Assembly: GCA_963754655.1 (NCBI GenBank)
Contig: CAVWGN010000001.1
Location: 1,152,001-1,216,000 of the forward strand
Source of the DNA: an uncultured Chlamydiae bacterium
GTDB lineage: Bacteria > Chlamydiota > Chlamydiia > Chlamydiales > Parachlamydiaceae
DNA: 64,000 bases
Direction of reading: 5' to 3'
Below the pieces are notes generated by a model, which saw nothing but the letters and a program-made list of their open reading frames with translations, had not been told where the DNA came from and searched no databases. A program made the position numbers and the translations under genes. Of this stretch, positions 40,160 to 51,244 are shown piece by piece; within the stretch, counting starts at the first letter, position 1, and each line of letters opens with the position of its first letter.

Positions 40160-40273
40160 GAGGAAAATTTGGTTGGTATTGAGTGAAATTTTTTCTCGAG
40201 TTTACTCTTTCAAAATATTTATCTCTAGGCTAAACCTATAATTTGAAAGAAGTGCTCAAGAGGATAAGTCAAC

Positions 40274-42991
40274 ATGAGCTTGGATGAATCTTTGGAAAGT
40301 CAAATTGCTAACCTGTCTCTTTTGGAGGAGATTTATCAGCAATATCAATTGAATCCTCAAAAGGTTGATTCTTCGTGGATCTCACTTTTTAAAAAAATAG
40401 AAGGAGAAAAATGTTCTTTACCTGCATTACCTAGCGAGCAATTTTTTTCTCAAACCGAGCGTATCGTGCATTTAGCAGATGCCTATCGGCGGCATGGTCA
40501 TCTTTTGGCAGCGATCAATCCAATTGCTTTGGAAAAACCCCAGATACCCGAGCAACTTAAGTTAGAAAACTTGGGATTTCAACCTCATGAATTAGATGAA
40601 ATTTTTCCTGCGCTTGGCCTACTTCCTCAAGCACAAGCTTCTTTAAAAGAAATCGTGTCAATTTTAAACAAACACTACTGCCAAACCGTGGGATTTGAAT
40701 TCAAAGAATTTACCGATCCAAAAGTGGAAAATTGGATTCAGCAGCAAATTGAATCTGGAAGATTTGATCAACCGTTGAGCCTAGAAGACAAGCTTGTGAT
40801 CTTAGACGTGCTAACGCGGGCTGAAGTATTAGAAACATTTTTGCATACTAAGCATGTAGGTAAAAAGCGCTTTTCATTAGAAGGAGCAGAAAGCCTGATT
40901 GCCATGCTCTCGTTAATGATCGCTCAAGCAGCTGAAGAGGGGATAAAGGAAATCTTTATTGGAATGTCGCATCGCGGACGTCTGAATGTCTTGGCAAATA
41001 TTTTAAATAAACCTATCCCTTCCATTCTCAAAGATTTTGATGAAGATTATGTTCCAGCTCCTTCAGAAGGAATGGGCGACATTCGCTATCATAAAGGGCA
41101 TGCCAATGACTCTGTCACTACCTATCGCGGTAAATCCATTAAATTAACGATGGCTCCCAATCCCAGTCATTTGGAATCAGTTGATCCTGTAGTAGAAGGA
41201 CAAGCGCATGCCAAGCAATTTCTAGTGAGTGATGAACAGGAGCGAAAAAGGGTGATTCCTCTTCTGATGCATGGAGATGCGGCTTTGGCGGGTCAAGGAG
41301 TCGTTTACGAAACGTTGCAGATGAGCAAACTCTCAGGATTTGAGACAGGAGGCACTCTTCATATTGCCATCAACAACCAAATTGGTTTTACCACTTCTCC
41401 CCATGAAGGCCGCTCCACATTATATTGTACAGATATTGCGCGAACATTTGGAGCACCCGTTTTTCACGTCAATGCCGAGGATGTTGAAATGTGCGTGCGC
41501 ATTTCTTTGCTGGCTTTGACAATTCGACAACACTTTCATTGCGATGTTTTCATCGATTTTAATTGCTATCGCAAATATGGCCATAATGAAGGAGATGAGC
41601 CAGCTTTCACACAGCCTATAGACTATCAAATGGTCCGTAAAAGAAGATCCATTCGCCATCTTTATTTAGATAAGCTTGTAAAAGAAGGGCATATTGACAA
41701 AGGAATTGCGGAGCATCGTGAAGAGGTTCTTAAACAACATTTACAGGAAGCTTACCAAATTTCTCAAGAAAAAGGAGATGATCTTCCACGGCAATATCAA
41801 TCTAAGAAAGAGGCTTTTTCTTTTCCAATAGTCGAGACGCGTGTCGAGCTTTCTTTGTTACAAAAAGTCACAGAAAATTTTAGTGAAATTCCAGCTGATT
41901 TTCATTTGAATAGCAAATTAAAAAGTTTGATTAAGGAGCGTTTTCAAGCAATTTTTGAAGATAAACCTTTTGATTGGGGAATGGCGGAATTTTTGGCTTA
42001 TGGCACTCTAGTATGGGAAGGCATCCCTGTACGACTAGCAGGGCAAGATAGCGCACGTGGCACTTTCAGCCATCGACATGCTTTATGGGTTGATCAAGAG
42101 AATAATCAACCTTATTATCCGTTAGCTCATCTACGTCAAGGGCAGGCAAGATTTGAAGTTTTGAATACCTGCCTATCAGAGGTCGCTGCTTTGGGATTTG
42201 AATATGGCTACAGTACAGTTTGTACCAAAGGTTTAAACATTTGGGAAGCTCAGTTTGGAGATTTTGCCAATTCCGCACAGGTGATCATTGATCAATACAT
42301 TGCCAGTGGCGAACAAAAATGGGGTCAAACCTCTAATCTTGTTCTTTTTCTGCCTCATGGGTTTGAAGGGCAAGGGCCAGAACACTCTTCAGCTCGTTTT
42401 GAGCGATTTCTAACTTTAGCAGGACATGACAATATGCAGATCGTCAATCCCACAACTTCTGCTCAAATGTTCCATCTTTTACGTCGGCAGGTCAAGCAGT
42501 CTTTGCAAAAGCCTTTAGTGATTTTCACCCCTAAAGGATTATTACGTCATCCAGCTTCTGCTAGCACCGTCAAAGATTTAACCCAGGGACAATTCTCTTT
42601 AATTTTAGATGATCCACGCCAGCCAAAGAATATTCGTCGTTTAGTTTTATGTAGCGGACGTATCTATTATGATCTTAATGCGCAGCGTGAAAAAGAGCAG
42701 CGTAGTGATGTGGCAATTATTCGAATCGAACAGCTTTATCCTTTGAATACAAAAGAGTTAAAAGATGTTATTGGTCGTTATGGTTCATTTCAAGATTGTC
42801 TTTGGGTACAGGAAGAGCCAGAAAATATGGGAAGTTGGCGCTTTATTTCTTTTTACTTGCCGCATGTTCTGCCTGCAGGTATTCCCTTCTTTTATGTGGG
42901 ACGCGAGGGGAGTGCAACGCCGGCAACAGGATTTTATGCGCGCCATAGACAAGAGCTTGCTAATCTTTTACATCAGGTTTTTAATTCATGA
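40274..42991 (+). CDS. sucA: 2-oxoglutarate dehydrogenase E1
   Basis: [38 protein letters not shown] and GPEHSS motifs. Confidence 0.98.
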   Translation: MSLDESLESQIANLSLLEEIYQQYQLNPQKVDSSWISLFKKIEGEKCSLPALPSEQFFSQTERIVHLADAYRRHGHLLAAINPIALEKPQIPEQLKLENLGFQPHELDEIFPALGLLPQAQASLKEIVSILNKHYCQTVGFEFKEFTDPKVENWIQQQIESGRFDQPLSLEDKLVILDVLTRAEVLETFLHTKHVGKKRFSLEGAESLIAMLSLMIAQAAEEGIKEIFIGMSHRGRLNVLANILNKPIPSILKDFDEDYVPAPSEGMGDIRYHKGHANDSVTTYRGKSIKLTMAPNPSHLESVDPVVEGQAHAKQFLVSDEQERKRVIPLLMHGDAALAGQGVVYETLQMSKLSGFETGGTLHIAINNQIGFTTSPHEGRSTLYCTDIARTFGAPVFHVNAEDVEMCVRISLLALTIRQHFHCDVFIDFNCYRKYGHNEGDEPAFTQPIDYQMVRKRRSIRHLYLDKLVKEGHIDKGIAEHREEVLKQHLQEAYQISQEKGDDLPRQYQSKKEAFSFPIVETRVELSLLQKVTENFSEIPADFHLNSKLKSLIKERFQAIFEDKPFDWGMAEFLAYGTLVWEGIPVRLAGQDSARGTFSHRHALWVDQENNQPYYPLAHLRQGQARFEVLNTCLSEVAALGFEYGYSTVCTKGLNIWEAQFGDFANSAQVIIDQYIASGEQKWGQTSNLVLFLPHGFEGQGPEHSSARFERFLTLAGHDNMQIVNPTTSAQMFHLLRRQVKQSLQKPLVIFTPKGLLRHPASASTVKDLTQGQFSLILDDPRQPKNIRRLVLCSGRIYYDLNAQREKEQRSDVAIIRIEQLYPLNTKELKDVIGRYGSFQDCLWVQEEPENMGSWRFISFYLPHVLPAGIPFFYVGREGSATPATGFYARHRQELANLLHQVFNS

Positions 42992-44160
42992 AAAGCGAAA
43001 TCAAAGTTCCTTCTATGGGAGAATCTATTTCAGAAGTCATTATAGGGCAAATTTTTGCTCCAAATGGCACCATTGTTAAAATTGATGCTGAAATTCTTGA
43101 GCTTGAAACAGACAAAGTGAATCAAGTGCTTTATGCTCCTCAAGCTGGAAAAGTCCATTTGACAGTCAAAGCAGGAGATCATGTTAAAATTGGTCAAATC
43201 ATTGGAACAATAGAACCCTTATCTGCACAAGAGGGAAAAGTGTCGGAGGAGAATGATCAACCTTCGATTCCTGCTGTTCCAACCCCATCTGCTACACAAG
43301 CAGAGGAGAAAAAACCTGCAAAGCTGGAACAAGGAAACATTTCACGTTATAGTCGCGAGGCTTTCTTATCTGATTTAGCATTACCTGAAACTTCTCAACA
43401 GCAATCAGCCAATCCAACACCAGCTCCCCCGATGGTTCCACAGGAAAAACAGCAAATTTCAACCAGAGAAACACGACGTGCAATGTCTAAAATTCGCAAG
43501 GTCATTGCACAACGATTAGTAGAAGCGCAGCGTACAATGGCCATGTTGACGACATTCAATGAAGTCGATCTCACTCAAGTGATTCAATTGCGTGAAAAAT
43601 ATAAAGAGGCCTTTGCCAAGAAATATCATTGCAAGCTCGGATTTATGTCGTTTTTTGTCAAAGCAACCCTTTCTGCTCTCCAAGCTTATCCAAATCTTAA
43701 TTCTTATCTAGATGGCGATGAAATTGTCCATCGCGAATATTATGATATTGGTGTGGCTGTAGGAACAGATAAGGGGGTCATCGTTCCAGTGATTCGAAAT
43801 TGCGACCAGTTGAGTTTTGCAGAAATTGAGCAAGGAATCGAAAATTTTGCCAAAAAGGTGAAGGAAGGAACATTAGTAGCAAACGAGTTACAAGGAGGCG
43901 GTTTCACGATTACTAATGGAGGGACCTATGGATCTTTGCTTTCCACACCCATTCTTCTTCCTCCGCAGTGCGGCATTTTAGGAATGCACAAAATTGAAAA
44001 GCGTCCTGTGGTCATCAATGATCAAATCATTATTCGTTCTATGATGTATGTAGCGTTGAGCTATGATCATCGTTTAATTGATGGCAAAGAAGCGGTTTCC
44101 TTCTTAGTGCATATCAAAAATATATTGGAAGAGCCTTCACGTTTGCTATTGGATATTTAA
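42988..44160 (+). CDS. sucB: Dihydrolipoamide succinyltransferase E2
   Basis: Lipoyl motif [15 protein letters not shown] and [10 protein letters not shown]. Confidence 0.97.
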   Translation: MKSEIKVPSMGESISEVIIGQIFAPNGTIVKIDAEILELETDKVNQVLYAPQAGKVHLTVKAGDHVKIGQIIGTIEPLSAQEGKVSEENDQPSIPAVPTPSATQAEEKKPAKLEQGNISRYSREAFLSDLALPETSQQQSANPTPAPPMVPQEKQQISTRETRRAMSKIRKVIAQRLVEAQRTMAMLTTFNEVDLTQVIQLREKYKEAFAKKYHCKLGFMSFFVKATLSALQAYPNLNSYLDGDEIVHREYYDIGVAVGTDKGVIVPVIRNCDQLSFAEIEQGIENFAKKVKEGTLVANELQGGGFTITNGGTYGSLLSTPILLPPQCGILGMHKIEKRPVVINDQIIIRSMMYVALSYDHRLIDGKEAVSFLVHIKNILEEPSRLLLDI

Positions 44161-44183
44161 TCAGATGTAAAAGGGAATAAGAA

Positions 44184-45587
44184 ATGGCAGAAGATCACTA
44201 TGAGATAGCAATTATTGGAGCTGGGCCAGGCGGTTACGTTGCAGCCATTCGAGCCGCACAATTGGGATTTAAAACTGTTTGCATTGATAAACATCATACC
44301 TTAGGAGGAACTTGCCTTAATGTTGGATGCATTCCTTCTAAGACTCTTCTACAATCGACTGAACTTTTATTTCATTTCAAAAATCAAGGAAAAGAACAGG
44401 GATTTGAATTTTCCCAGTTGAGCATTGATTTTTCTCAACTCATGGATCGCAAAAAAAAAGTGGTCAAAAGTTTGGTAGATGGAGTTGCAGGTCTTCTTCG
44501 GCAACATCACATTACAGTTTTGCAGGGCAGTGCTGAATTTATGGATCCGCATCGTTTGCGGGTGACTTCAAAGGAGGGCTTAACTCAAGAAATAGCAGCT
44601 TCCCACATTCTCATTGCCACTGGATCTGAACCTATCGCTTTGCCAGATCTTCCATTTCATGAACGGCAAGTTGTCTCTTCGACAGGTGCGTTAAGTCTAT
44701 TGAGTATCCCCGAGCGCCTGGTTGTCGTGGGCGGAGGCGTGATTGGCGTAGAATTGGCTTCTGTTTATAGCCGTCTGGGATCTAAGGTGATAGTGATTGA
44801 AATGCTTGATCATCTTTGTCCGGCTTTTGATCAATCCCTTTCCAAGCAACTTTTGAACATCCTCCAAAAGCAGGGAATTGAATTCTGTTTATCGAGTCGA
44901 CTCGTGACTGCAGCAATCCAGCCTGATGAGGTCATTCTAGTGGCCGATCTCAATGGCGAGTTGACCAACTTAAGCGCCCAAGTTGTTTTGGTTGCTGTTG
45001 GAAGACGTCCTTATAGTGTGGGTCTTGGACTCGAAAGAGTTGGCATCCAAAAAGATCAGCGAGGTTTTATTCTCGTAGATGGCAATTTTCGCACTTCTCA
45101 ACCGCATATTTTTGCCATTGGCGATGTCATTGAAGGAACCATGTTGGCGCATCGTGCTTCAGCTGAAGGGGTGGCAGTGATCGAATCCTTGAAGGGAGAG
45201 CATTCTACTCTTGATTATTTAGCGATCCCCAATATTATCTATACTTATCCAGAAGTGGCATCCGTGGGATTGACCGAGCAAGAGGCGCGGCAGGCTGGAC
45301 TTGATTTAATGGTAGGAACGAGCTTTTTTCGAGGTAATCCTCGCGCCCGGTGCATGGGCGAAACAGAAGGATTTGTCAAAATTCTAGGAGATAAGCGTTC
45401 AGGTCGTTTAGTTGGAATGCATATTCTAGGGCCACATGCCTCAGAATTGATTGCAGAAGGAATGCTGGCCATGCAAAAGAAAGCGAGTGTAAAAGAGATA
45501 GCCGAGGCACCTCAAGCTCATCCTACCTTGAGTGAAGCGATCAAAGAGGCCGCCCTAGATGCATTAGGACGGCCTATTCATCATTAA
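44184..45587 (+). CDS. lpdA: Dihydrolipoamide dehydrogenase E3
   Basis: GAGPGGY, GGTCLNVGCIPSK, GGGVIG and HPTLSE motifs. Confidence 0.97.
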   Translation: MAEDHYEIAIIGAGPGGYVAAIRAAQLGFKTVCIDKHHTLGGTCLNVGCIPSKTLLQSTELLFHFKNQGKEQGFEFSQLSIDFSQLMDRKKKVVKSLVDGVAGLLRQHHITVLQGSAEFMDPHRLRVTSKEGLTQEIAASHILIATGSEPIALPDLPFHERQVVSSTGALSLLSIPERLVVVGGGVIGVELASVYSRLGSKVIVIEMLDHLCPAFDQSLSKQLLNILQKQGIEFCLSSRLVTAAIQPDEVILVADLNGELTNLSAQVVLVAVGRRPYSVGLGLERVGIQKDQRGFILVDGNFRTSQPHIFAIGDVIEGTMLAHRASAEGVAVIESLKGEHSTLDYLAIPNIIYTYPEVASVGLTEQEARQAGLDLMVGTSFFRGNPRARCMGETEGFVKILGDKRSGRLVGMHILGPHASELIAEGMLAMQKKASVKEIAEAPQAHPTLSEAIKEAALDALGRPIHH

Positions 45588-46333
45588 TAATTGTGGGAAG
45601 TTCCACAGCCGCACGAAGAACGGACATTTGGATTGGAAATTTTAAAACCAGAGCCACGCAATCCTTCAACGTAGTCAATTTCTGACCCCAGAAGGCGAGG
45701 CACCATGGCTTGTTTCACATGGATTTCAATACCATTAGATTCAAATACCTTATCTTCATCTTCAGCTTTCTCAGAAAAATCTAATACATATTCAAATCCA
45801 TTACATCCAGCCATTTCTTCATAAAAGCGCATTCCCCAGCCCTGCTTGCCTTCTTCCGATAAAATTTCCAGGAATTTAGCAGCTCCACGAGGCGTAATGC
45901 GGATAGAAGTCAAGTCCACCTCTTCTTCTAACAAGGCGTTGAGGCGGCGAGCCAATTCATCAATTTGAGTATCGGTTTTTCCATGAGTATACATACCCGC
46001 TTCAAGCGTTTCCCAAACAGCTGCATGACAGCCTACACAGTGCAAGCCTGCATTGGTGATTTCTTGGGATAAGCGTTGTGCTTTATAAGGAAACATTCCC
46101 AAAATCTCTTCAATTGTCATTTGACGCGTAATTTTTTGAGCTTGTTTTTTAGGAGCAGAGCAACAAGAAGAGTCCGAATTCTTGCTCTTTTCTTCTTGCT
46201 TTTTAGGAGCAGAGCAGCAAGCAGATTGAGCTTGTTCATGCTTTTCTTCTTTCTTTGGAGTTGAACAACAAGAAGATGGAGAAGAAGGCTTATGCTCATC
46301 CTCGTGCTTTTTATGTGGTGAACAACAGGACAT
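45584..46333 (-). CDS. HesB/IscA-type Fe-S carrier fused to a DUF1858-like domain and an N-terminal Cys-Cys repeat tail
   Basis: GCNGFEY and NPNVRSSCGCG A-type carrier motifs; GLHCVGC..A..ETLE; four CCS(x)P(x)KK units. Confidence 0.85.
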   Translation of the reverse strand: MSCCSPHKKHEDEHKPSSPSSCCSTPKKEEKHEQAQSACCSAPKKQEEKSKNSDSSCCSAPKKQAQKITRQMTIEEILGMFPYKAQRLSQEITNAGLHCVGCHAAVWETLEAGMYTHGKTDTQIDELARRLNALLEEEVDLTSIRITPRGAAKFLEILSEEGKQGWGMRFYEEMAGCNGFEYVLDFSEKAEDEDKVFESNGIEIHVKQAMVPRLLGSEIDYVEGLRGSGFKISNPNVRSSCGCGTSHNY

Positions 46334-46392
46334 AATCAGTTCCTTTGATTAAAGGGTTAAAAAATTTAATTGAGATTGTATGTCAAATGCTA

Positions 46393-46659
46393 TTAAAAGC
46401 AAACGCGTACACGTCCATGTTTAATGCGGCATTGGCAAGCTAAACGCTCGTGGCTTGTTCCTTCTCCTAAGAAATCTTCCTCTTCTTTAGTGGGAGATGA
46501 TAGATTCTCTTTGCCTTCCTTAATCTCAATGACGCACGTTCCACACACTCCCTCTGTACAAGCAAAAGGAACGCCTGCTTCTTCACAAACTTCAGCAATG
46601 GGAGAATCATCAGGTAACTCCACCTCTTCTCCATTGTGATCAAATACTAATGTGGCCAT
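46393..46659 (-). CDS. 2Fe-2S ferredoxin
   Basis: PFACTEGVCGTC...RLACQ; GAGGAG Shine-Dalgarno before ATG 46659. Confidence 0.92.
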   Translation of the reverse strand: MATLVFDHNGEEVELPDDSPIAEVCEEAGVPFACTEGVCGTCVIEIKEGKENLSSPTKEEEDFLGEGTSHERLACQCRIKHGRVRVCF

Positions 46660-46956
46660 ACAATAAAAACTCCTCAACAACGTGATTTAAAATAAATCTT
46701 GTCTATTCCTTCATTTGTTTTCTCTAAGTCAAATTCCAAACAACGAATTTTTGCCTACAACAATAAAAGATTCCGCTCTTTCTTGGCAAAACCTCTCAGA
46801 TCAAATAAGAGTCTTTAACAGGGAGATGAACAAAATCTAACTCAGTTATTAATTCAAATAAAATAATGATATTATCAACTAACATCAGATTTAATTTAAA
46901 ATTTTTTTAAATTAAATTCAAGATTTTTTTAGCTTTTATAAGAAATTGAAGTAAAT

Positions 46957-48105
46957 TTACAATTTGGTCTGTCTTTTATCTTGTGACTGAATACATTTAG
47001 ATTGCCCGATAAGGAAAATACCCAAGGCAATAAAAGGGAGACTAAGAATTTGTCCGGCTTGTAGAAAGGAGAAATGAATGATCGATTCAAGATTATCTTT
47101 CCAAAATTCTAAAATAAAACGGCTGCTAAATCCTAAAATAAATGTTAGGCCAATGAGAGCACCTGGGCATTCAGTGATTCGTTTCTTTTTCCAAAGATAC
47201 CACACAATGCAAAAAATGATTAAGTAAGCTCCTGCTTCATAAAGTTGAACAGGGTGGCGTGGAATAGGAAGGCTGCCATCAGCCGGATGACCAAAAATGA
47301 TCGCCCACGGCAGAGTGGTAGAAGTTCCCAAAATTTCTTGATTCATGAAGTTTCCCAAACGAATAAAGCAGATGACGGCAGCAGTAGGAACAGCGGCAAA
47401 ATCAAGGATGCGAAGAAAAGTCAGTTGCGGAACCCAGCTTTGAATATATTTGGCGTAAAAATAAATGGCAATCATGACGCCTATGATGCCACCATGGCTT
47501 GCAAGGCCTCCATGCCAGATTTTGAAGATTTCAAGGGGGTGTTCACGAAAATAAGGCCAATCATAAAAGAAAACGGCTCCTAAGCGCGCCCCTATCACTG
47601 TTCCAATCACAACAAACCACAAAAAACGATCGGCTAAGAAATAGGCTGTTTGTTTAGGAGAGGCGAGCGATTTGCCAAGCACTTGTTGCAATTCTTCACG
47701 AGAGATTGAAGTTTGATTTAAAAAGCGGTTCAATCCTTTTAGAATTCCTTGTTGGAGTTGTGGAGTGATGGCAGGTGCTGTTTTTTGCTTCATTTGTTGG
47801 CGTGGAGAAAGATCAAGCTGTGCCATGATTTGAGTCGTTAAAGGTGAGGAAGAACTGCGTAATTCTTCTATCAGATCAGGCCAATTGAGAATATCTATGG
47901 AAGATAAATGGCGAATTTGAATTAAAAAGCGGGTTAAGATGGGATTGAAAATAAAGTAGCCCAGAATAAACCCACTTACAAATAAAATGCCATACCAAAC
48001 CACAGCATGATCAATAAAGGGAACCTTAAAAGCCTCCCTTGGAGGATCCCAATAAAGCCAACCAAGAGACTGGTAGACATTCATACAAATACCTTTATAG
48101 CTCAT
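46957..48105 (-). CDS. lgt: Prolipoprotein diacylglyceryl transferase
   Basis: WYG, IGARLG.V.FY, WHGGLASHGG, RLGNFMNQE and RHPVQLYE motifs. Confidence 0.95.
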   Translation of the reverse strand: MSYKGICMNVYQSLGWLYWDPPREAFKVPFIDHAVVWYGILFVSGFILGYFIFNPILTRFLIQIRHLSSIDILNWPDLIEELRSSSSPLTTQIMAQLDLSPRQQMKQKTAPAITPQLQQGILKGLNRFLNQTSISREELQQVLGKSLASPKQTAYFLADRFLWFVVIGTVIGARLGAVFFYDWPYFREHPLEIFKIWHGGLASHGGIIGVMIAIYFYAKYIQSWVPQLTFLRILDFAAVPTAAVICFIRLGNFMNQEILGTSTTLPWAIIFGHPADGSLPIPRHPVQLYEAGAYLIIFCIVWYLWKKKRITECPGALIGLTFILGFSSRFILEFWKDNLESIIHFSFLQAGQILSLPFIALGIFLIGQSKCIQSQDKRQTKL

Positions 48106-48175
48106 TCAACTTAATAGCTTTTGAAGTCATTATCACCTCCAACAGTCATTAAGCTGACCAAAAGAGGATAAGTCC

Positions 48176-48217
48176 AAAAAAAAACCCTATCTTTGAACTT
48201 TGAATACAAAGATAGGG
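48176..48217 (-). terminator. Intrinsic terminator after tRNA-Pro
   Basis: Minus-strand hairpin ccctatctttg / caaagataggg followed by a T9 run. Confidence 0.85.
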
Positions 48218-48221
48218 CGGA

Positions 48222-48296
48222 TCGGAGCAGAGGGATTCGAACCCCCGACCTACTGCTCCCAAAGCAGCCGCGCTAGCCAAGCTGCGCTATGCTCCG
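48222..48296 (-). tRNA. tRNA-Pro (anticodon UGG)
   Basis: CGGAGCA acceptor stem, GCGC D-stem, GCTGC-TTTGGGA-GCAGT anticodon arm and GGTTCGAATCC T-arm. CCA not encoded. Confidence 0.97.
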
Positions 48297-48463
48297 ATAC
48301 TCTCAAAAGAGAATAAAAACGTTATCATATTTTGACATTTTTGACAAACAAAAATTCTTAAAAAAATTTTAAGGGTTGAATCGATGAGCATTGAAAGTAT
48401 GAACTGAAAGGCTCTTTTGCCTTTTGGATCTTTTAGTAGCCAATACTTATAATTTCATCTTTA

Positions 48464-49792
48464 TTAATAAAGATAATAATCAGGTTTATAAGGGCCCTCT
48501 TGGGGAACTCCTAAATAAGCAGCTTGTGCAGGAGTAAGCTGTGTTAAATGGACGCCAAGTTGATCTAAATGCAGGCGAGCGACTTTTTCATCTAAAATTT
48601 TGGGTAAACGGTAAATCCCAATTGGATAACGTTCAGGATGAGTCCATAGCTCGATTTGAGCCAAAACTTGATTGGAAAAAGAATTAGACATCACATAAGA
48701 AGGATGTCCTTTGGCGCAGCCTAAATTGACGAGCCGCCCTTGAGCTAGCAAAATGAGGCTTTTATTTTGATTTTTCCAGCGAAAGCGATCGACTTGGGGC
48801 TTAATAGACATTTCTTCAATGTCTGGATGATTTTTGAGCCATGCTACTTCAATTTCACAATCAAAATGACCAATGTTGCAAAGGATCGCTCCATCCTTCA
48901 TCTTCTCCATGTGTTCTCCGCGAATGACATCAATGCATCCAGTTGCTGTAACAAAGATGTCTCCAATGGAGGCGATCTCTTCTAATCTCACTACTGGAAG
49001 TCCTTCCATAGCTGCCTGATAGGCGCAAATGGGATCGACTTCACAAACCATCACATGAGCGCCATATGCTTTTAAGGAAGCGACACATCCTTTACCGACA
49101 TCGCCATAACCTAAAACGATGATGGTTTTGCCAGCAATCATCACATCTGTTGCACGTTTTAAACCATCGACAAGGGATTCTCGACAGCCATAAAGGTTGT
49201 CAAATTTAGCTTTTGTCACTGAGTCATTGACGTTGATCGCAGGTGCTCCGAGCATTCCTGCTTTTTGGCGACGCACAAGAGCGCGCACTCCCGTTGTTGT
49301 TTCCTCTGAAATTCCGTGGATGTCTTTTAAAAGTTCGGGATGCTTTTCATGAACATACTGGGTAAGATCTCCACCATCGTCTAAAATCATATTCAGGGGC
49401 TGGTTGCCAAAAAATAGTGTTTGCGCAATACACCATTCATATTCTTTCATGGTCATTTCTTTCCAAGCAAAAACAGGAACACCTACTTGTGCCATGGCTG
49501 CTGCTGCTTGGTCTTGCGTGGAATAAATATTGCAAGAAGACCACCGTACCTCAGCTCCTAGTACCCTTAAGGTTTCAATCAGCACTGCTGTTTGAGCCGT
49601 CATATGTAAGCAGCCTGCAATACGTGCTCCGTGCAAGGGTTTTACTTGAGAAAACTCCTTTCTTAGCGTCATCAGACCCGGCATTTCATGTTCGGCTAAT
49701 TCAATTTCTCGCCGTCCTAAATCGGCCAAGGCTTTTCCCTCTGAAGAATTTACGTCTAAGTCGAATTGGATATGATAATCTTTTTTAGTCAT
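48464..49792 (-). CDS. ahcY: S-adenosylhomocysteine hydrolase
   Basis: [52 protein letters not shown] and GHPS motifs. Confidence 0.98.
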   Translation of the reverse strand: MTKKDYHIQFDLDVNSSEGKALADLGRREIELAEHEMPGLMTLRKEFSQVKPLHGARIAGCLHMTAQTAVLIETLRVLGAEVRWSSCNIYSTQDQAAAAMAQVGVPVFAWKEMTMKEYEWCIAQTLFFGNQPLNMILDDGGDLTQYVHEKHPELLKDIHGISEETTTGVRALVRRQKAGMLGAPAINVNDSVTKAKFDNLYGCRESLVDGLKRATDVMIAGKTIIVLGYGDVGKGCVASLKAYGAHVMVCEVDPICAYQAAMEGLPVVRLEEIASIGDIFVTATGCIDVIRGEHMEKMKDGAILCNIGHFDCEIEVAWLKNHPDIEEMSIKPQVDRFRWKNQNKSLILLAQGRLVNLGCAKGHPSYVMSNSFSNQVLAQIELWTHPERYPIGIYRLPKILDEKVARLHLDQLGVHLTQLTPAQAAYLGVPQEGPYKPDYYLY

Positions 49793-50040
49793 AAATATTC
49801 TTTTAACATGAAGGGCATTACAATTCCATCTCTATTATAATCATCTGAAAATTAGTGTTGATTTTGATTTATTAAATTATTGTTTTGATATAGATATTAA
49901 ACTTATATTAGAGTGTATCTTAAAAAATCGATGATGAGTATTCGTTTATTGCATGAGGTGTTGCCTATGGACTCCTTAATATATTATCGGTATGTTATTA
50001 ATATTTAGATACATAACAGCATTTGAGAGTGTAATTATTA

Positions 50041-50472
50041 GCATAGTTCAATTGAAGGTCGCATGTTTATGCCGTCCTTTCAGGACTCGATGTCTTTTTG
50101 ATAGAACCCAGGCCTCCGCTTCGCTGCGACCTGGGCTGTAACATGACGGCCCTTCAGGCCTTAACAAAAGATGATTTAGGGACTATAGAAGAGGGACTTA
50201 AACATCTCTTGTTAAGGCCTGAAGGGCCCTCATGTTACAGCACAGGCCTCCGCTTCGCTGTGCGACCTGGGCTGTAACATGAGGGCCCTTCAGGCTTTAA
50301 CAAAAAGATGATTTAGGGACTATAGAAGAGAGACTTAAACATCTCTTGTTAAGGCCTGAAGGGCCGTTATGTTACAGCCCAGATCGCAGCGAAGCGGAGG
50401 CCTGGGTTCTATCAAAAAGACATCGAGTCCTGAAAGGACGGCATAAACATGCGACCTTCAATTGAACTATGC
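50041..50472. mobile_element. REP-derived palindrome with an internally duplicated core (two spacers)
   Basis: Same arms and spacer as the 36436 and 62611 elements; spacer present twice; aattatt direct repeat at 50033-50039 and 50474-50480. Confidence 0.88.
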
Positions 50473-50602
50473 CAATTATTGTGAAAAATAAAGCTCATTT
50501 TTTGCACAAAATGAACACCCTAACCCTAACCTCGGGTGACAGATATAGAATATAGATTAAACCTGTGAACTAAGAATAATATAACAATTTTTTTGAGGAT
50601 TT

Positions 50603-51133
50603 ATGTTTAATGATGTAAGACAAAAATGCCAAAATTACTATGATCACATCCCATCAGATACATTACCTAAAATGGTAAGAAGCGCTCTCTATACTTTTGG
50701 GATTGCTTTTGTCATCAATCAAAAAAATTTTGGGAGTCCCTATAATATGGCTATTCCGCTTGCTGCTGCTGGAATGGCAGCTGTAGCTTCTTTAATTTAT
50801 GCTTTGACCACTCCTATTTTTAATATGGTATTTGGTGATAATCGCATTCTATTCCATCGCGAATTGATTAAGCAGCTTGTCAATATCAGTTTTTCATCCA
50901 CTATTTTGAATTACGTCACGACAGGAAAAGTCAATTTATTCTCTCTCAATTTGTTGGGAGGCTTTTCTTGCAATATCATCCTAGGGCTCTTTGAGATAGC
51001 TCCCACTTTTGTTGATTGGTTAGGTGCCACAGCCGCAGCCAATGAATTAAGAGAGGAATATAAATATTTTGGTATAGATGCAGAGCCTGGATCTAGCTCA
51101 GTCTTTCTCAACTTTGGCCTATTTTCTCAATAA
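50603..51133 (+). CDS. Hypothetical membrane protein
   Basis: GAGGA Shine-Dalgarno; 176 aa with several hydrophobic segments. Confidence 0.7.
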   Translation: MFNDVRQKCQNYYDHIPSDTLPKMVRSALYTFGIAFVINQKNFGSPYNMAIPLAAAGMAAVASLIYALTTPIFNMVFGDNRILFHRELIKQLVNISFSSTILNYVTTGKVNLFSLNLLGGFSCNIILGLFEIAPTFVDWLGATAAANELREEYKYFGIDAEPGSSSVFLNFGLFSQ

Positions 51134-51244
51134 GCTTATGATTGTCCTCAAACTAAAATTCTCAATTGAGGACAAAAACGCATATAAACGAGTATTAATG
51201 TTGGCCTGCTATTTCTGAGCAAGAGCACTGTCAGGAAGCAACCT

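Noticed and set aside
46025..46042. CVGCH as a heme c attachment site and substrate for the Ccs system (likewise CGYCH in HemW)
   Set aside because: Both proteins are cytoplasmic with no signal peptide. The motifs are explained by a DUF1858-like CxxC and the radical SAM CxxxCxxC.
48222..50472. tRNA-anchored integrative element carrying ahcY
   Set aside because: No integrase and no duplicated tRNA 3' end are seen, and ahcY lies on the 5' side of the tRNA.
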